The notes beneath the pieces are model-generated. The model was given only the letters and a program-made list of their open reading frames with translations, searched no databases and had not been told where the DNA came from. DNA of 64,000 bases from assembly GCA_964534895.1 (NCBI GenBank), contig CAZHQB010000001.1, forward strand, positions 561 through 64,560, written 5' to 3'. The translations under genes and the position numbers were made by a program. This document shows, piece after piece, positions 24,126 through 32,285 of the stretch (within the stretch, counting starts at the first letter, position 1; every line of letters begins with the position of its first letter). This stretch comes from an uncultured Micavibrio sp. (GTDB lineage: Bacteria > Patescibacteriota > Minisyncoccia > Moranbacterales > GCA-2747515).

Positions 24126-25387
24126 TGAGTTTTTTTGATAAATTTAAAAAAGAACATAATAAAGCGGAATATTATTTAGCACTCGATGTTGGTACAGAGA
24201 TGGTAAAGTCTTTGGTATTCAAGTTAGATAAAGAAGATAAAAAGGGTGTGGTAGTTGGTGTGGGAAGGCAAAAACAAAAAAGAGGTAATATGCAAAGTGG
24301 TGCAATTTCTAATATAAATGGTGTGATTGATGCGTGTAATCAGGCAATAAGTGAAGCTAAGCAAATAGCTGGCATAGAAGAGGTTACGCATGCTGTTATG
24401 GGTGTTGCTGGTGAATTAGTGAAAGGGACGACAACGACAGTACATTATGAGAGAGCAAATCCAGCAGACCGTATTAATTTACCTGAGCTTAAAGATATCA
24501 TTCAAAGAGTTCAATGGAAGGCTTTTGAGAGAATTAAGGAACAAATGGAATGGGAGCTTGGACGTAGTGTGGATGTAAAATTAATTAATGCAGCAATTGT
24601 GGATGTACGAATTGATGGATATAGGGTTACAAATCCGCTTAATTTTCAAGGAAAGAGTTTGTCAATTAGTGTGTTTAATGCATATGCACCACTTATGCAT
24701 TTAGGCGCAGTTGATATGATTGCGGAAGAATTACAACTTGATCTTATACGTATTGCTGCTGAACCTTATGCTGTCTCAGCTTCTGTTGGGTATGAAGATA
24801 TTTTAGATTTTAGTGGTATATTTATTGATATTGGTGGTGGTACTACAGATATTGCAGTTGTGCGCAATGGTGGGCTTGAAGGTACAAAAATGTTCGCTCT
24901 AGGAGGTCGTGCGTTTACTAAGAGATTGTCACAGTCTTTGCGTGTTTCATTTGATGAGGCAGAAGTTCTTAAGATGAAATACTCATATGGAAAATTACCT
25001 CAAAATGTATCAGAACAATTTGCAAGAGTGCTTACTAAAGATGGTAAAGTATGGCTTGGAGGTGTTGAGTTATCACTTATGGAATTCGCTGAAAAAGATT
25101 TGTTACCATCGAGTATATATTTGTGTGGTGGTGGGAGCGCCCTTCCTGAAATTGGCAATGTGCTTATGGATGGAGAGTGGACTAAACAATTACCATTTAC
25201 AAAAATGCCAAGTGTAAATTTTTTACAACCAAAAGATGTTATTAATATAATTGATAGAACAAATGAATTGACTAGTCCACAGGATGTAACGCCTATGGCA
25301 TTAGCAAATTTAATTGTAGAAATGTCAACAAAAGAAAAAACAATGTCACAAATTTTACATCGTGCCATGCGAGATGTTCAAAAATAA
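24122..25387 (+). CDS. ftsA: Actin-like ATPase, FtsA-like cell-division protein
   Basis: Phosphate-1 motif LALDVGTEMVKS and phosphate-2 motif FIDIGGGTTDIAVV. At 421 aa it is FtsA-sized. It is not followed by ftsZ. Confidence 0.55.
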   Translation: MMSFFDKFKKEHNKAEYYLALDVGTEMVKSLVFKLDKEDKKGVVVGVGRQKQKRGNMQSGAISNINGVIDACNQAISEAKQIAGIEEVTHAVMGVAGELVKGTTTTVHYERANPADRINLPELKDIIQRVQWKAFERIKEQMEWELGRSVDVKLINAAIVDVRIDGYRVTNPLNFQGKSLSISVFNAYAPLMHLGAVDMIAEELQLDLIRIAAEPYAVSASVGYEDILDFSGIFIDIGGGTTDIAVVRNGGLEGTKMFALGGRAFTKRLSQSLRVSFDEAEVLKMKYSYGKLPQNVSEQFARVLTKDGKVWLGGVELSLMEFAEKDLLPSSIYLCGGGSALPEIGNVLMDGEWTKQLPFTKMPSVNFLQPKDVINIIDRTNELTSPQDVTPMALANLIVEMSTKEKTMSQILHRAMRDVQK

Positions 25388-25396
25388 TATTAATTT

Positions 25397-27391
25397 ATGA
25401 TGAATCAACAAAAAATATACATAGATGTGGATGAGGAAATTACTACAGTAATTGATCGTATTTATCGTGTGAATGGGAATGATATTGCAATCATTGTGCC
25501 ACAACATGCTTTGCTTTTGCAAAGTGTTGTAAATTTAAAATTACTTGCACAAGAAGCAAAAAAATATAACAAAAATATCATACTCATGACAAGAGATGAA
25601 GATGGGATTGTATTTGCACAACGTGCTGGTATTGCAATTCAACCTTTTATTGCGAAGGAAGATGAAGGTGAAATTGAAAATTCTGTGTCATTGATACAAT
25701 CAGAAAAAAAATCTATTCCAAAATATGCTCAGAAGATTATGACAGAAAAAACTCATCAGAGAACAAACATGGATATGGGTTCTCAATCATTTTTTGTTGA
25801 CGATAATGCACAAGGTGCAAGTATTGCAGGCATACATAAACTTCAGAAATCTAATGATGTTATAAAACGAGGGTATGGGTTTAGTGGACATGAGCAAGGA
25901 TCTTATATAAATTCTGTGAAGCAAACAGAAAAAAAACAAGATGTGCATAATGAAAATAATATGCAACAATATGTGTCTAAAAAACAGGTTATCAAAAATG
26001 ATGTTGTACCACACAAATATCAACAAGAACGTCAGGTTAGATATCAAACACAAGGACAAAATGAAGAGGTTGCACATCTAGATGAATACGAACAATCATT
26101 ACGTAAAGCTCAATTATCTAATAGAGTCACAAATAGTATTCATTCACAACAGAGAAAAACTTTACAACAAATTGAAAAGTCACAAAAATTACGAAAGTTA
26201 AAAAAACATGATAAGGTAGCTTTCTCGTCCACAACAGGTACTGTTGTTAAAAGTTTTATTTTTTTTGGTATTGCATTGATCATATTTATTTTGTTGGTTA
26301 TTTTGTTACCAAAAACAAAAATTTCTGCAGAAGCAAAACATATTAAAATTGATGAAAAAATGGAATTAACAGCACAAACAGACCAAGGCGTGTATGATGC
26401 TGAAAGGCGATTACTTCCGGCACGACTTATTGAGCGTGATGTAACATTTACAAAAACATTTAATGCAACTGGAAGTGGTGATGTGAGTGCACAAAAAGCA
26501 CAGGGTAAAATTACAATTTTTAATGAATATAGTGATAAACAACAACCGCTTGTTGCAACTACAAGATTTTTAGCACAAGATGGTACTCTTTTTCGATTAG
26601 TAAACCAAATTGTAGTTCCTGGAATGACAGATGGTAAACCTGGTAAAATAGAGGCATTGGTTATTGCTGATAAGCCAGGTGCTAAAGGTAACCTTGGTCC
26701 AACAAAATTTTCGATACCTGGATTTGAGGGTGGACCAAAAAAAAATAAGTTTTACGCAGTTAGTGAAAAGGCTATGACTGGTGGAGGGACTGGAGGAGTT
26801 GGTGTTGCTGTAGTAACTGAAACAGATATAAAAAAAGCACAAGAGGAGATGGCAAGTGAATCGAATCAATATGTTATGGAACAAATAACAGGATTATTAC
26901 GTCCAGATAATGAAGTATTAATAGATAAAAATGTTATGCAAAAAGTGATTAATTCTGAAGCAAACGTAAGTGCGGGAACAATGGCAAAACAGTTTATGTA
27001 TGAAATGGTAGTGCATGTGAAGGCGTTAGTTTTTTCAGAGGATGATGTTTTAGCTATTATGGAGTCAAATTTAGTGAAAAAATATCACCAATATGATTCA
27101 AATAAAGTTAATGTGGAAATGAGATATAAAGATGTTGTGCCTAATTTTGAAAAAGAATCAATAAATATGGTGGCACAGGGAATAGCTGATATCGTGGCAA
27201 CTGTAGATGTGACAACTTTTAAAAAGGATATTATTGGCAAAAAACATAAAGAGATATTAAAAATTATGGAAGATAACTATGGGGATGAGATAGAAAAAAT
27301 TACTATAGAAAGTGTATTTCCTAGATTTCCGGAATTTATAGCAAATCGTGTGTCACGATTTGGTTTTATGACAGATATATTTGTAAAGTAA
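25397..27391 (+). CDS. Hypothetical bitopic membrane protein: cytoplasmic N-domain, Q-rich linker, one TM helix, about 370-aa extracytoplasmic domain
   Basis: TM helix VKSFIFFGIALIIFILLVILL. The linker is low-complexity and Gln-rich. I recognise no family. The gene overlaps the end of the ftsA-like gene. Confidence 0.5.
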   Translation: MMNQQKIYIDVDEEITTVIDRIYRVNGNDIAIIVPQHALLLQSVVNLKLLAQEAKKYNKNIILMTRDEDGIVFAQRAGIAIQPFIAKEDEGEIENSVSLIQSEKKSIPKYAQKIMTEKTHQRTNMDMGSQSFFVDDNAQGASIAGIHKLQKSNDVIKRGYGFSGHEQGSYINSVKQTEKKQDVHNENNMQQYVSKKQVIKNDVVPHKYQQERQVRYQTQGQNEEVAHLDEYEQSLRKAQLSNRVTNSIHSQQRKTLQQIEKSQKLRKLKKHDKVAFSSTTGTVVKSFIFFGIALIIFILLVILLPKTKISAEAKHIKIDEKMELTAQTDQGVYDAERRLLPARLIERDVTFTKTFNATGSGDVSAQKAQGKITIFNEYSDKQQPLVATTRFLAQDGTLFRLVNQIVVPGMTDGKPGKIEALVIADKPGAKGNLGPTKFSIPGFEGGPKKNKFYAVSEKAMTGGGTGGVGVAVVTETDIKKAQEEMASESNQYVMEQITGLLRPDNEVLIDKNVMQKVINSEANVSAGTMAKQFMYEMVVHVKALVFSEDDVLAIMESNLVKKYHQYDSNKVNVEMRYKDVVPNFEKESINMVAQGIADIVATVDVTTFKKDIIGKKHKEILKIMEDNYGDEIEKITIESVFPRFPEFIANRVSRFGFMTDIFVK

Positions 27392-27419
27392 AAAATAATG
27401 AGGTGAGAGGTGTAAGCCC

Positions 27420-27448
27420 TTGACAATATTTTATTATTTGGTAATATA
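27420..27448 (+). promoter_or_regulatory. Sigma70-like promoter upstream of infA: TTGACA, 16-17-nt spacer, TAATAT
   Basis: Consensus -35 with a good -10 and standard spacing. Confidence 0.4.
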
Positions 27449-27604
27449 GATATTACATGTTCAGAAAAAATATAATATACAAATGTGAAGAGGTTCTCCT
27501 GTAGTAGATAGTCAAGATTTAGGAATGAATTTATAGTGTGGATAACACCCTCTTGTTTTTATATGTGTATATGTAATTTCTAGAATATTTTATATAGTCT
27601 ATGT

Positions 27605-27820
27605 ATGGCAAAAAAGGATACAATTAAATTGGAAGGTGTGGTAATAGAAACGTTACCAAGTACAACATTTCGTGTTGAGTTGGATAATGGTCATGAAATA
27701 TTGGCACATATTTCTGGTAAGATGCGTGTGCATTATATTAGATTGTTGCCAGGTGATCGTGTATTAGTAGAGATAAGTCCATATGATTTGACGAAAGGTA
27801 GAATTACACAGAGATTGTAA
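27605..27820 (+). CDS. infA: Translation initiation factor IF-1
   Basis: A 71-aa S1-like OB fold ([32 protein letters not shown]). Confidence 0.95.
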   Translation: MAKKDTIKLEGVVIETLPSTTFRVELDNGHEILAHISGKMRVHYIRLLPGDRVLVEISPYDLTKGRITQRL

Positions 27821-27878
27821 ATCAAGTTATGAATTGGATTTTGAGTGAGATTTTTATTAATTTTGTAAAAGTATAGAA

Positions 27879-27992
27879 ATGAAAGTTCGTGCCTCAGCAA
27901 AGAAAATATGTAAACAATGTAAGATAGTTCGTCGTCATGGGCGGGTTTATGTTATCTGTATTAACAAAAAACATAAGCAACGTCAGGGCTAA
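27879..27992 (+). CDS. rpmJ: 50S ribosomal protein L36
   Basis: Not in the ORF track. My own translation gives [37 protein letters not shown] (37 aa), with the C-x2-C...C-x-N zinc-ribbon pattern and the canonical position between infA and rpsM. Confidence 0.9.
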   Translation: MKVRASAKKICKQCKIVRRHGRVYVICINKKHKQRQG

Positions 27993-28101
27993 AATCAATG
28001 TGGTTGACGTATTTTTGCGTCGGGTGCAAATAAATTTGATATCAGTGTATAAAAATTACGCTTTAATCATTTATTAGCGCTTTCTTGGAACTGCATCAAC
28101 C
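27992..28101 (+). promoter_or_regulatory. Structured leader between rpmJ and rpsM: a 16-bp perfect long-range inverted repeat enclosing about 78 nt
   Basis: Arm AAATCAATGTGGTTGA at 27992-28007 and its exact reverse complement TCAACCACATTGATTT at 28086-28101. This is the position of the S4-binding alpha-operon leader in other bacteria. Confidence 0.4.
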
Positions 28102-28165
28102 ACATTGATTTTATAAAATAATATAGAGTATTATAAAATTTTTTTAAATTTAAAATTATTTAATT

Positions 28166-28555
28166 ATGATTCGTATTGCAGGTATTAATATTCCAGATGA
28201 AAAATGTATTGATGTGTCGTTGACATATATTTTTGGTATTGGTCTATCCACTAGTAGAGAAATTCTTAAGAGTTTAAAAATTGATCCAACTACTAGAACG
28301 AAGGATATTACTCAAGAGAATGCAAATCAGTTACGTGAAATCATTGAAAATGATAATAAGGTTGAGGGAGAATTGCGGCATGAACGTAAAATGAATGTGA
28401 GGCGATTAAAGGAAATAGGTTGTTATCGAGGTACACGACATCAAAGAGGATTGCCAGTACGAGGACAACGTACAAAAACAAATAATCGAACAGTTCGTGG
28501 CAATAAACGTATGACAGCAGGGAGCGGAAGAGCAAATGCTGCATCAAAGACATAG
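28166..28555 (+). CDS. rpsM: 30S ribosomal protein S13
   Basis: N-terminus MIRIAGINIPDEK...TYIFGIG with a basic C-terminal tail. Confidence 0.95.
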   Translation: MIRIAGINIPDEKCIDVSLTYIFGIGLSTSREILKSLKIDPTTRTKDITQENANQLREIIENDNKVEGELRHERKMNVRRLKEIGCYRGTRHQRGLPVRGQRTKTNNRTVRGNKRMTAGSGRANAASKT

Positions 28556-28607
28556 GAATTTTTTAGAGTTTAATAATATTTTTGTAAAAGAATTTATATA
28601 CAGTATC

Positions 28608-29108
28608 ATGAGTGATAAAATGAGTAAAAAAGAAGAAAAAGGGGTAGTTGTAGAAGAAATAAAGAAATCAGCGGAAACGAAATCTGCTGGTGGGAGTGTG
28701 CTGTCTAGTGGTAAAGAAAATAGAGAACCTATTAAAAAAAATAGAAATAAAAATAATAGGCAAATCCGTAAAGGTCAAGCACATATTCAGTCTACTTATA
28801 ATAATACAATTGTGACAATTACAGACCTTAACGGTGCGGTTTTGGGTTGGTCAAGTGCAGGAGTCATTGGATTTAAGGGTGCAAAAAAATCAACACCATA
28901 TGCAGCAGCGCAGATTGTAAATGCTGTTGTAGAAAAGGTGCAAAAAAATAATATTAAAGAATTACAGGTATTTGTAAAAGGTGTTGGAGGTGGACGTGAT
29001 GCTGCAATTAGGACGCTTGCTGCAAAAGGATTTGAAATTAGTTTGATTAAAGATATTACGCCAATAGCACATAATGGGTGCAGACGTCGTAAACCACGTC
29101 GCGTATAA
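28608..29108 (+). CDS. rpsK: 30S ribosomal protein S11, with a Lys-rich N-terminal extension
   Basis: Core motif GQAHIQSTYNNTIVTITDLNGAVLGWSSAGVIGFKGAKKSTPYAAAQ. The start is uncertain (28608 or 28620); the track's 28536 overlaps rpsM. Confidence 0.9.
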   Translation: MSDKMSKKEEKGVVVEEIKKSAETKSAGGSVLSSGKENREPIKKNRNKNNRQIRKGQAHIQSTYNNTIVTITDLNGAVLGWSSAGVIGFKGAKKSTPYAAAQIVNAVVEKVQKNNIKELQVFVKGVGGGRDAAIRTLAAKGFEISLIKDITPIAHNGCRRRKPRRV

Positions 29109-29143
29109 TAAATTAATAATTACATTATAATTATAAGTAGAAT

Positions 29144-29764
29144 ATGGCTCGATATACAGGACCAAAAGCAAAAATTTGTCGTCGATTTGGCGAAAATATA
29201 TATGGTACAGAAAAATATGATAGAATTTTATCACGAAAAAATTATGCGCCTGGTGTGCATGGTAAAAATTTTTCACGTAATAAAAGTGAATATGGCAAGC
29301 AACTCGTGATGAAACAAAAAGCCAAATATATTTATGGTATTTTGGAAAAACAATTTCGTAAACATTATGAGGATGTAAAAAATCGTCCAGGTGTTACGGG
29401 TAATTTACTTTTAGCTAGATTAGAACAACGATTGGATAATGTTGTGTATCGTTTGGGATTTGCTCAGACGCGACCTCAGGCAAGGCAAATTGTGAATCAT
29501 TCTATGATTTATGTAAATGGGAAAAAAATGTCAATTCCTTCTTATGAAGTAAAAGTTGGTGATGAAATTACAATTAATCCAGCAAAGAAAAAAAATGGTT
29601 ACTTTAAAAATCAAGAGCAATATATTAAAAATAGAAAACATGTTGTTAGTTGGTTGAGTTTGGATCAAAAAAATATGAGTGGAAAAATAGTTTCACTTCC
29701 AAAACGTGATAATTTTGATGCAAATATTAATGCACAGATTATAGTTGAATTTTACTCAAAATAG
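29144..29764 (+). CDS. rpsD: 30S ribosomal protein S4
   Basis: N-terminus MARYTGPKAKICRRFGENI followed by the S4 RNA-binding domain. Confidence 0.95.
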   Translation: MARYTGPKAKICRRFGENIYGTEKYDRILSRKNYAPGVHGKNFSRNKSEYGKQLVMKQKAKYIYGILEKQFRKHYEDVKNRPGVTGNLLLARLEQRLDNVVYRLGFAQTRPQARQIVNHSMIYVNGKKMSIPSYEVKVGDEITINPAKKKNGYFKNQEQYIKNRKHVVSWLSLDQKNMSGKIVSLPKRDNFDANINAQIIVEFYSK

Positions 29765-29799
29765 TATTTTTTATAATTTATTTATTTTAATAAAAAAAT

Positions 29800-30543
29800 A
29801 TGTCAATAATATCAATACCAGAGGCGTCACAGTACAAGGAAGGTAAAAACAATACGGGGACCATTGAGATTCCTGCTTGTTTTCCTGGATATGGTACAAC
29901 AATCGGAAATGCAATTCGTAGGGTGCTACTTTCTTCGTTAGAAGGTTCTGCTATTACATCTGTTAAAATTAAAGGTGTGTCGCATGAATTTTCAGCAATT
30001 GATGGTGTAATGGAAGATGTTGTGCAAATTATTTTAAATCTGAAGCAAGTGCGTTTTCGTATGTATACAGATGATAAAGTGATAGTATCTCTTAAGGCAA
30101 AAGGAGAAAAAGAGGTAACGGCAGCAGATATTAAAACTTCTGCTGATGTTGATATTGTCGATGGATCACAAGTAATTGCTACACTTACAGATAAAAAGGC
30201 TACTCTTGAAATGGAATTGACAATTGAAAAAGGAATCGGTTATATTCCTTCTGATAAACAGACGAATCGTGAAAAAGAGCTTGGGTCAATTGTTATTGAT
30301 GCTGTGTACACTCCGGTAAAACGTGTAAATTATAATGTTGAAAATATGCGTGTCGGAAAACGAACAGATTATGATAAAGTCACTTTAGAAATTGTAACAG
30401 ACGGGAGCATTACTCCGCAGGAGGCATTTGACAGGAGCGTGGATATTTTAGTGGAACAATTTAGTGCATTGTCTGGAGGTTCTCCTGTAGTTAAAAAAGA
30501 ACTAGAGGAAATTGAAAAGGCGGAAGATGAAAAAGAAGAATAA
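29800..30543 (+). CDS. rpoA: DNA-directed RNA polymerase alpha subunit, N-terminal (assembly) domain only
   Basis: The alpha-NTD dimerisation and beta/beta'-binding fold is present (TIGNAIRRVLLSSLEGSAITSVKIKGVSHEF...VTLEIVTDGSITPQEAF). The protein stops after a short acidic tail at 247 aa, 20 nt before rplQ, so no alpha-CTD is encoded here. Confidence 0.85.
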   Translation: MSIISIPEASQYKEGKNNTGTIEIPACFPGYGTTIGNAIRRVLLSSLEGSAITSVKIKGVSHEFSAIDGVMEDVVQIILNLKQVRFRMYTDDKVIVSLKAKGEKEVTAADIKTSADVDIVDGSQVIATLTDKKATLEMELTIEKGIGYIPSDKQTNREKELGSIVIDAVYTPVKRVNYNVENMRVGKRTDYDKVTLEIVTDGSITPQEAFDRSVDILVEQFSALSGGSPVVKKELEEIEKAEDEKEE

Positions 30544-30562
30544 ATAAATTTTAAGAATTTTT

Positions 30563-31027
30563 ATGAAACACTGTAAAACAGGAAGACAATTTGGACGGGT
30601 GCGTTCGCAAAGAAAAGCACTTCTTAATTCGCTTTTAAATAGCTTGATTATTTATGGTCGTATTGAGACAACTGAAGCAAAAGCAAAAGAATCAAAAAGT
30701 GCTATTGACAAAGTAATTACAAAAGTGAAACGAGCTAATGGCTCAAAAGTAGAAATCATACGTAAAGTAGAAGGTCAGTTATCAAAAGAGGCTATTAGTA
30801 TTTTAATAAAAAATATTGACAAATTTGATGGTCGTAATAGTGGATATGCGCGTGTTGTTAAACTTTCACCAAGAAGAAGTGATAGTGCACATATGGCAAT
30901 TATTGAATTGGTTGATTTTACACGGGATGATAATATGACTGGGGTTAATGCAAAGTCAGTTGCTATCAAATCAGAGAATAAAGAAGAAATGAAGCAAAAG
31001 CAAAACGATGAGGAATCATCAAAGTAA
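30563..31027 (+). CDS. rplQ: 50S ribosomal protein L17
   Basis: N-terminus MKHCKTGRQFGRVRSQRKALLNSL in the L17 fold, in the canonical position after rpoA. Confidence 0.9.
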   Translation: MKHCKTGRQFGRVRSQRKALLNSLLNSLIIYGRIETTEAKAKESKSAIDKVITKVKRANGSKVEIIRKVEGQLSKEAISILIKNIDKFDGRNSGYARVVKLSPRRSDSAHMAIIELVDFTRDDNMTGVNAKSVAIKSENKEEMKQKQNDEESSK

Positions 31028-31049
31028 ATAATAAGTTTTGATTAAAATC

Positions 31050-31439
31050 ATGGAACGACAATATCATTTATTTGACGCAAAGAATTATGTCCTTGGGAGA
31101 CTTTCGACAGAAATTGCAAAAATTTTATCTGGCAAAAATAAAGTTAACTATACACCAAATATTGACGGGGGTGATGGAGTAGTTGTCATAAATGCAGAAA
31201 AAATTAATTTGACAGGTAATAAAGAAAATGACAAAAAATATTATAGTCATTCAGGCTATATGGGAGGCATTAACGAAACAACTGTAAAAGAACTGAGAAA
31301 AAATAACCCAGAAGAAATATTACGTAAGGCAGTTGTGGGTATGTTACCAAAAAATAAACTTGGTAGCCAAATGCAGAAACGATTGTTTATTTATGTTGGA
31401 GAAAAACATAACAAAAACATTAATATTACACATAAATGA
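31050..31439 (+). CDS. rplM: 50S ribosomal protein L13
   Basis: Motif YHLFDAKNYVLGRLSTEIAKIL...GMLPKNKLG. The ATG at 31050 is preferred; the track's 31038 is a TTG. Confidence 0.9.
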   Translation: MERQYHLFDAKNYVLGRLSTEIAKILSGKNKVNYTPNIDGGDGVVVINAEKINLTGNKENDKKYYSHSGYMGGINETTVKELRKNNPEEILRKAVVGMLPKNKLGSQMQKRLFIYVGEKHNKNINITHK

Positions 31440-31506
31440 TATATGAAATAATTGATATTTTAAAATCTACTGTTGTTCTTGAAAAAGAGTTATAGTAAGA
31501 TAAATA

Positions 31507-31965
31507 ATGAATATGGTAACAAAAGAGCAATCAAAAAAAACTGATAATAAATTTTTTATTGGAAAATACTACTATGGTGTTGGACGTCGTAAAACTGCTG
31601 TTGCACAAGTACGTATTTATTGTGGGAATAAAGATTCTATTGATGAAACAGGACTTGTTGTGAATGGTAAGAAATATACAGAGTATTTTCATACTAATTC
31701 ACAAAAAGATTTGTTTTTAGAGCCTCTTAAAGTAGTCGGATTTACTGAAAAATGTGCAGTGTCTGTGCTTGTAAAAGGTAGTGGCATTGCTTCTCAAGCT
31801 GATGCTGCAAAATTAGGGATTGCTAGAGCTCTTGTAAAATATGATGAAACATTCAGACCTATTTTAAAGGCAAATGGTTTGTTAACAAGGGATGCACGTA
31901 AAGTTGAACGTAAGAAACCAGGGCTCAGAAAGGCACGACGTTCACCACAGTGGAGTAAGCGATAA
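31507..31965 (+). CDS. rpsI: 30S ribosomal protein S9
   Basis: Motif GVGRRKTAVAQVRI and the C-terminal RKKPGLRKARRSPQWSKR. Confidence 0.95.
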   Translation: MNMVTKEQSKKTDNKFFIGKYYYGVGRRKTAVAQVRIYCGNKDSIDETGLVVNGKKYTEYFHTNSQKDLFLEPLKVVGFTEKCAVSVLVKGSGIASQADAAKLGIARALVKYDETFRPILKANGLLTRDARKVERKKPGLRKARRSPQWSKR

Positions 31966-32034
31966 AAAAGTATTTATTGACTTTTTATCTATGGGGTGAT
32001 ATTATTTTGCAGAGGTATTTATTAATGAAAAAAA

Positions 32035-32253
32035 ATGAAAATATTACTTATAATACAAGCAGTTATTTCTATATTACTTACTATTGTAATTTTAATGCAA
32101 AATAGAGGAGAAGGCCTGGGTGTTATAGGTGGTGATTTTAGTGGATCATATCATACCAAACGTGGTTTTGAAAAATTTCTTACACGGTCAACTGTAGTGC
32201 TTGCGATATTGTTTATAGGAGTTGCATTGGCAACAGTAAAAATAGGTTTTTGA
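32035..32253 (+). CDS. secG: Preprotein translocase subunit SecG
   Basis: A 72-aa protein with two TM helices. The motif LTIVILMQNRGEGLGVIGGDFSG...FLTRSTVVLAILFI matches the SecG pattern (LLQ..G..GGG). Confidence 0.65.
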   Translation: MKILLIIQAVISILLTIVILMQNRGEGLGVIGGDFSGSYHTKRGFEKFLTRSTVVLAILFIGVALATVKIGF

Positions 32254-32285
32254 AAAAAGTTTTCAGAAATTATAATATGTAATAT

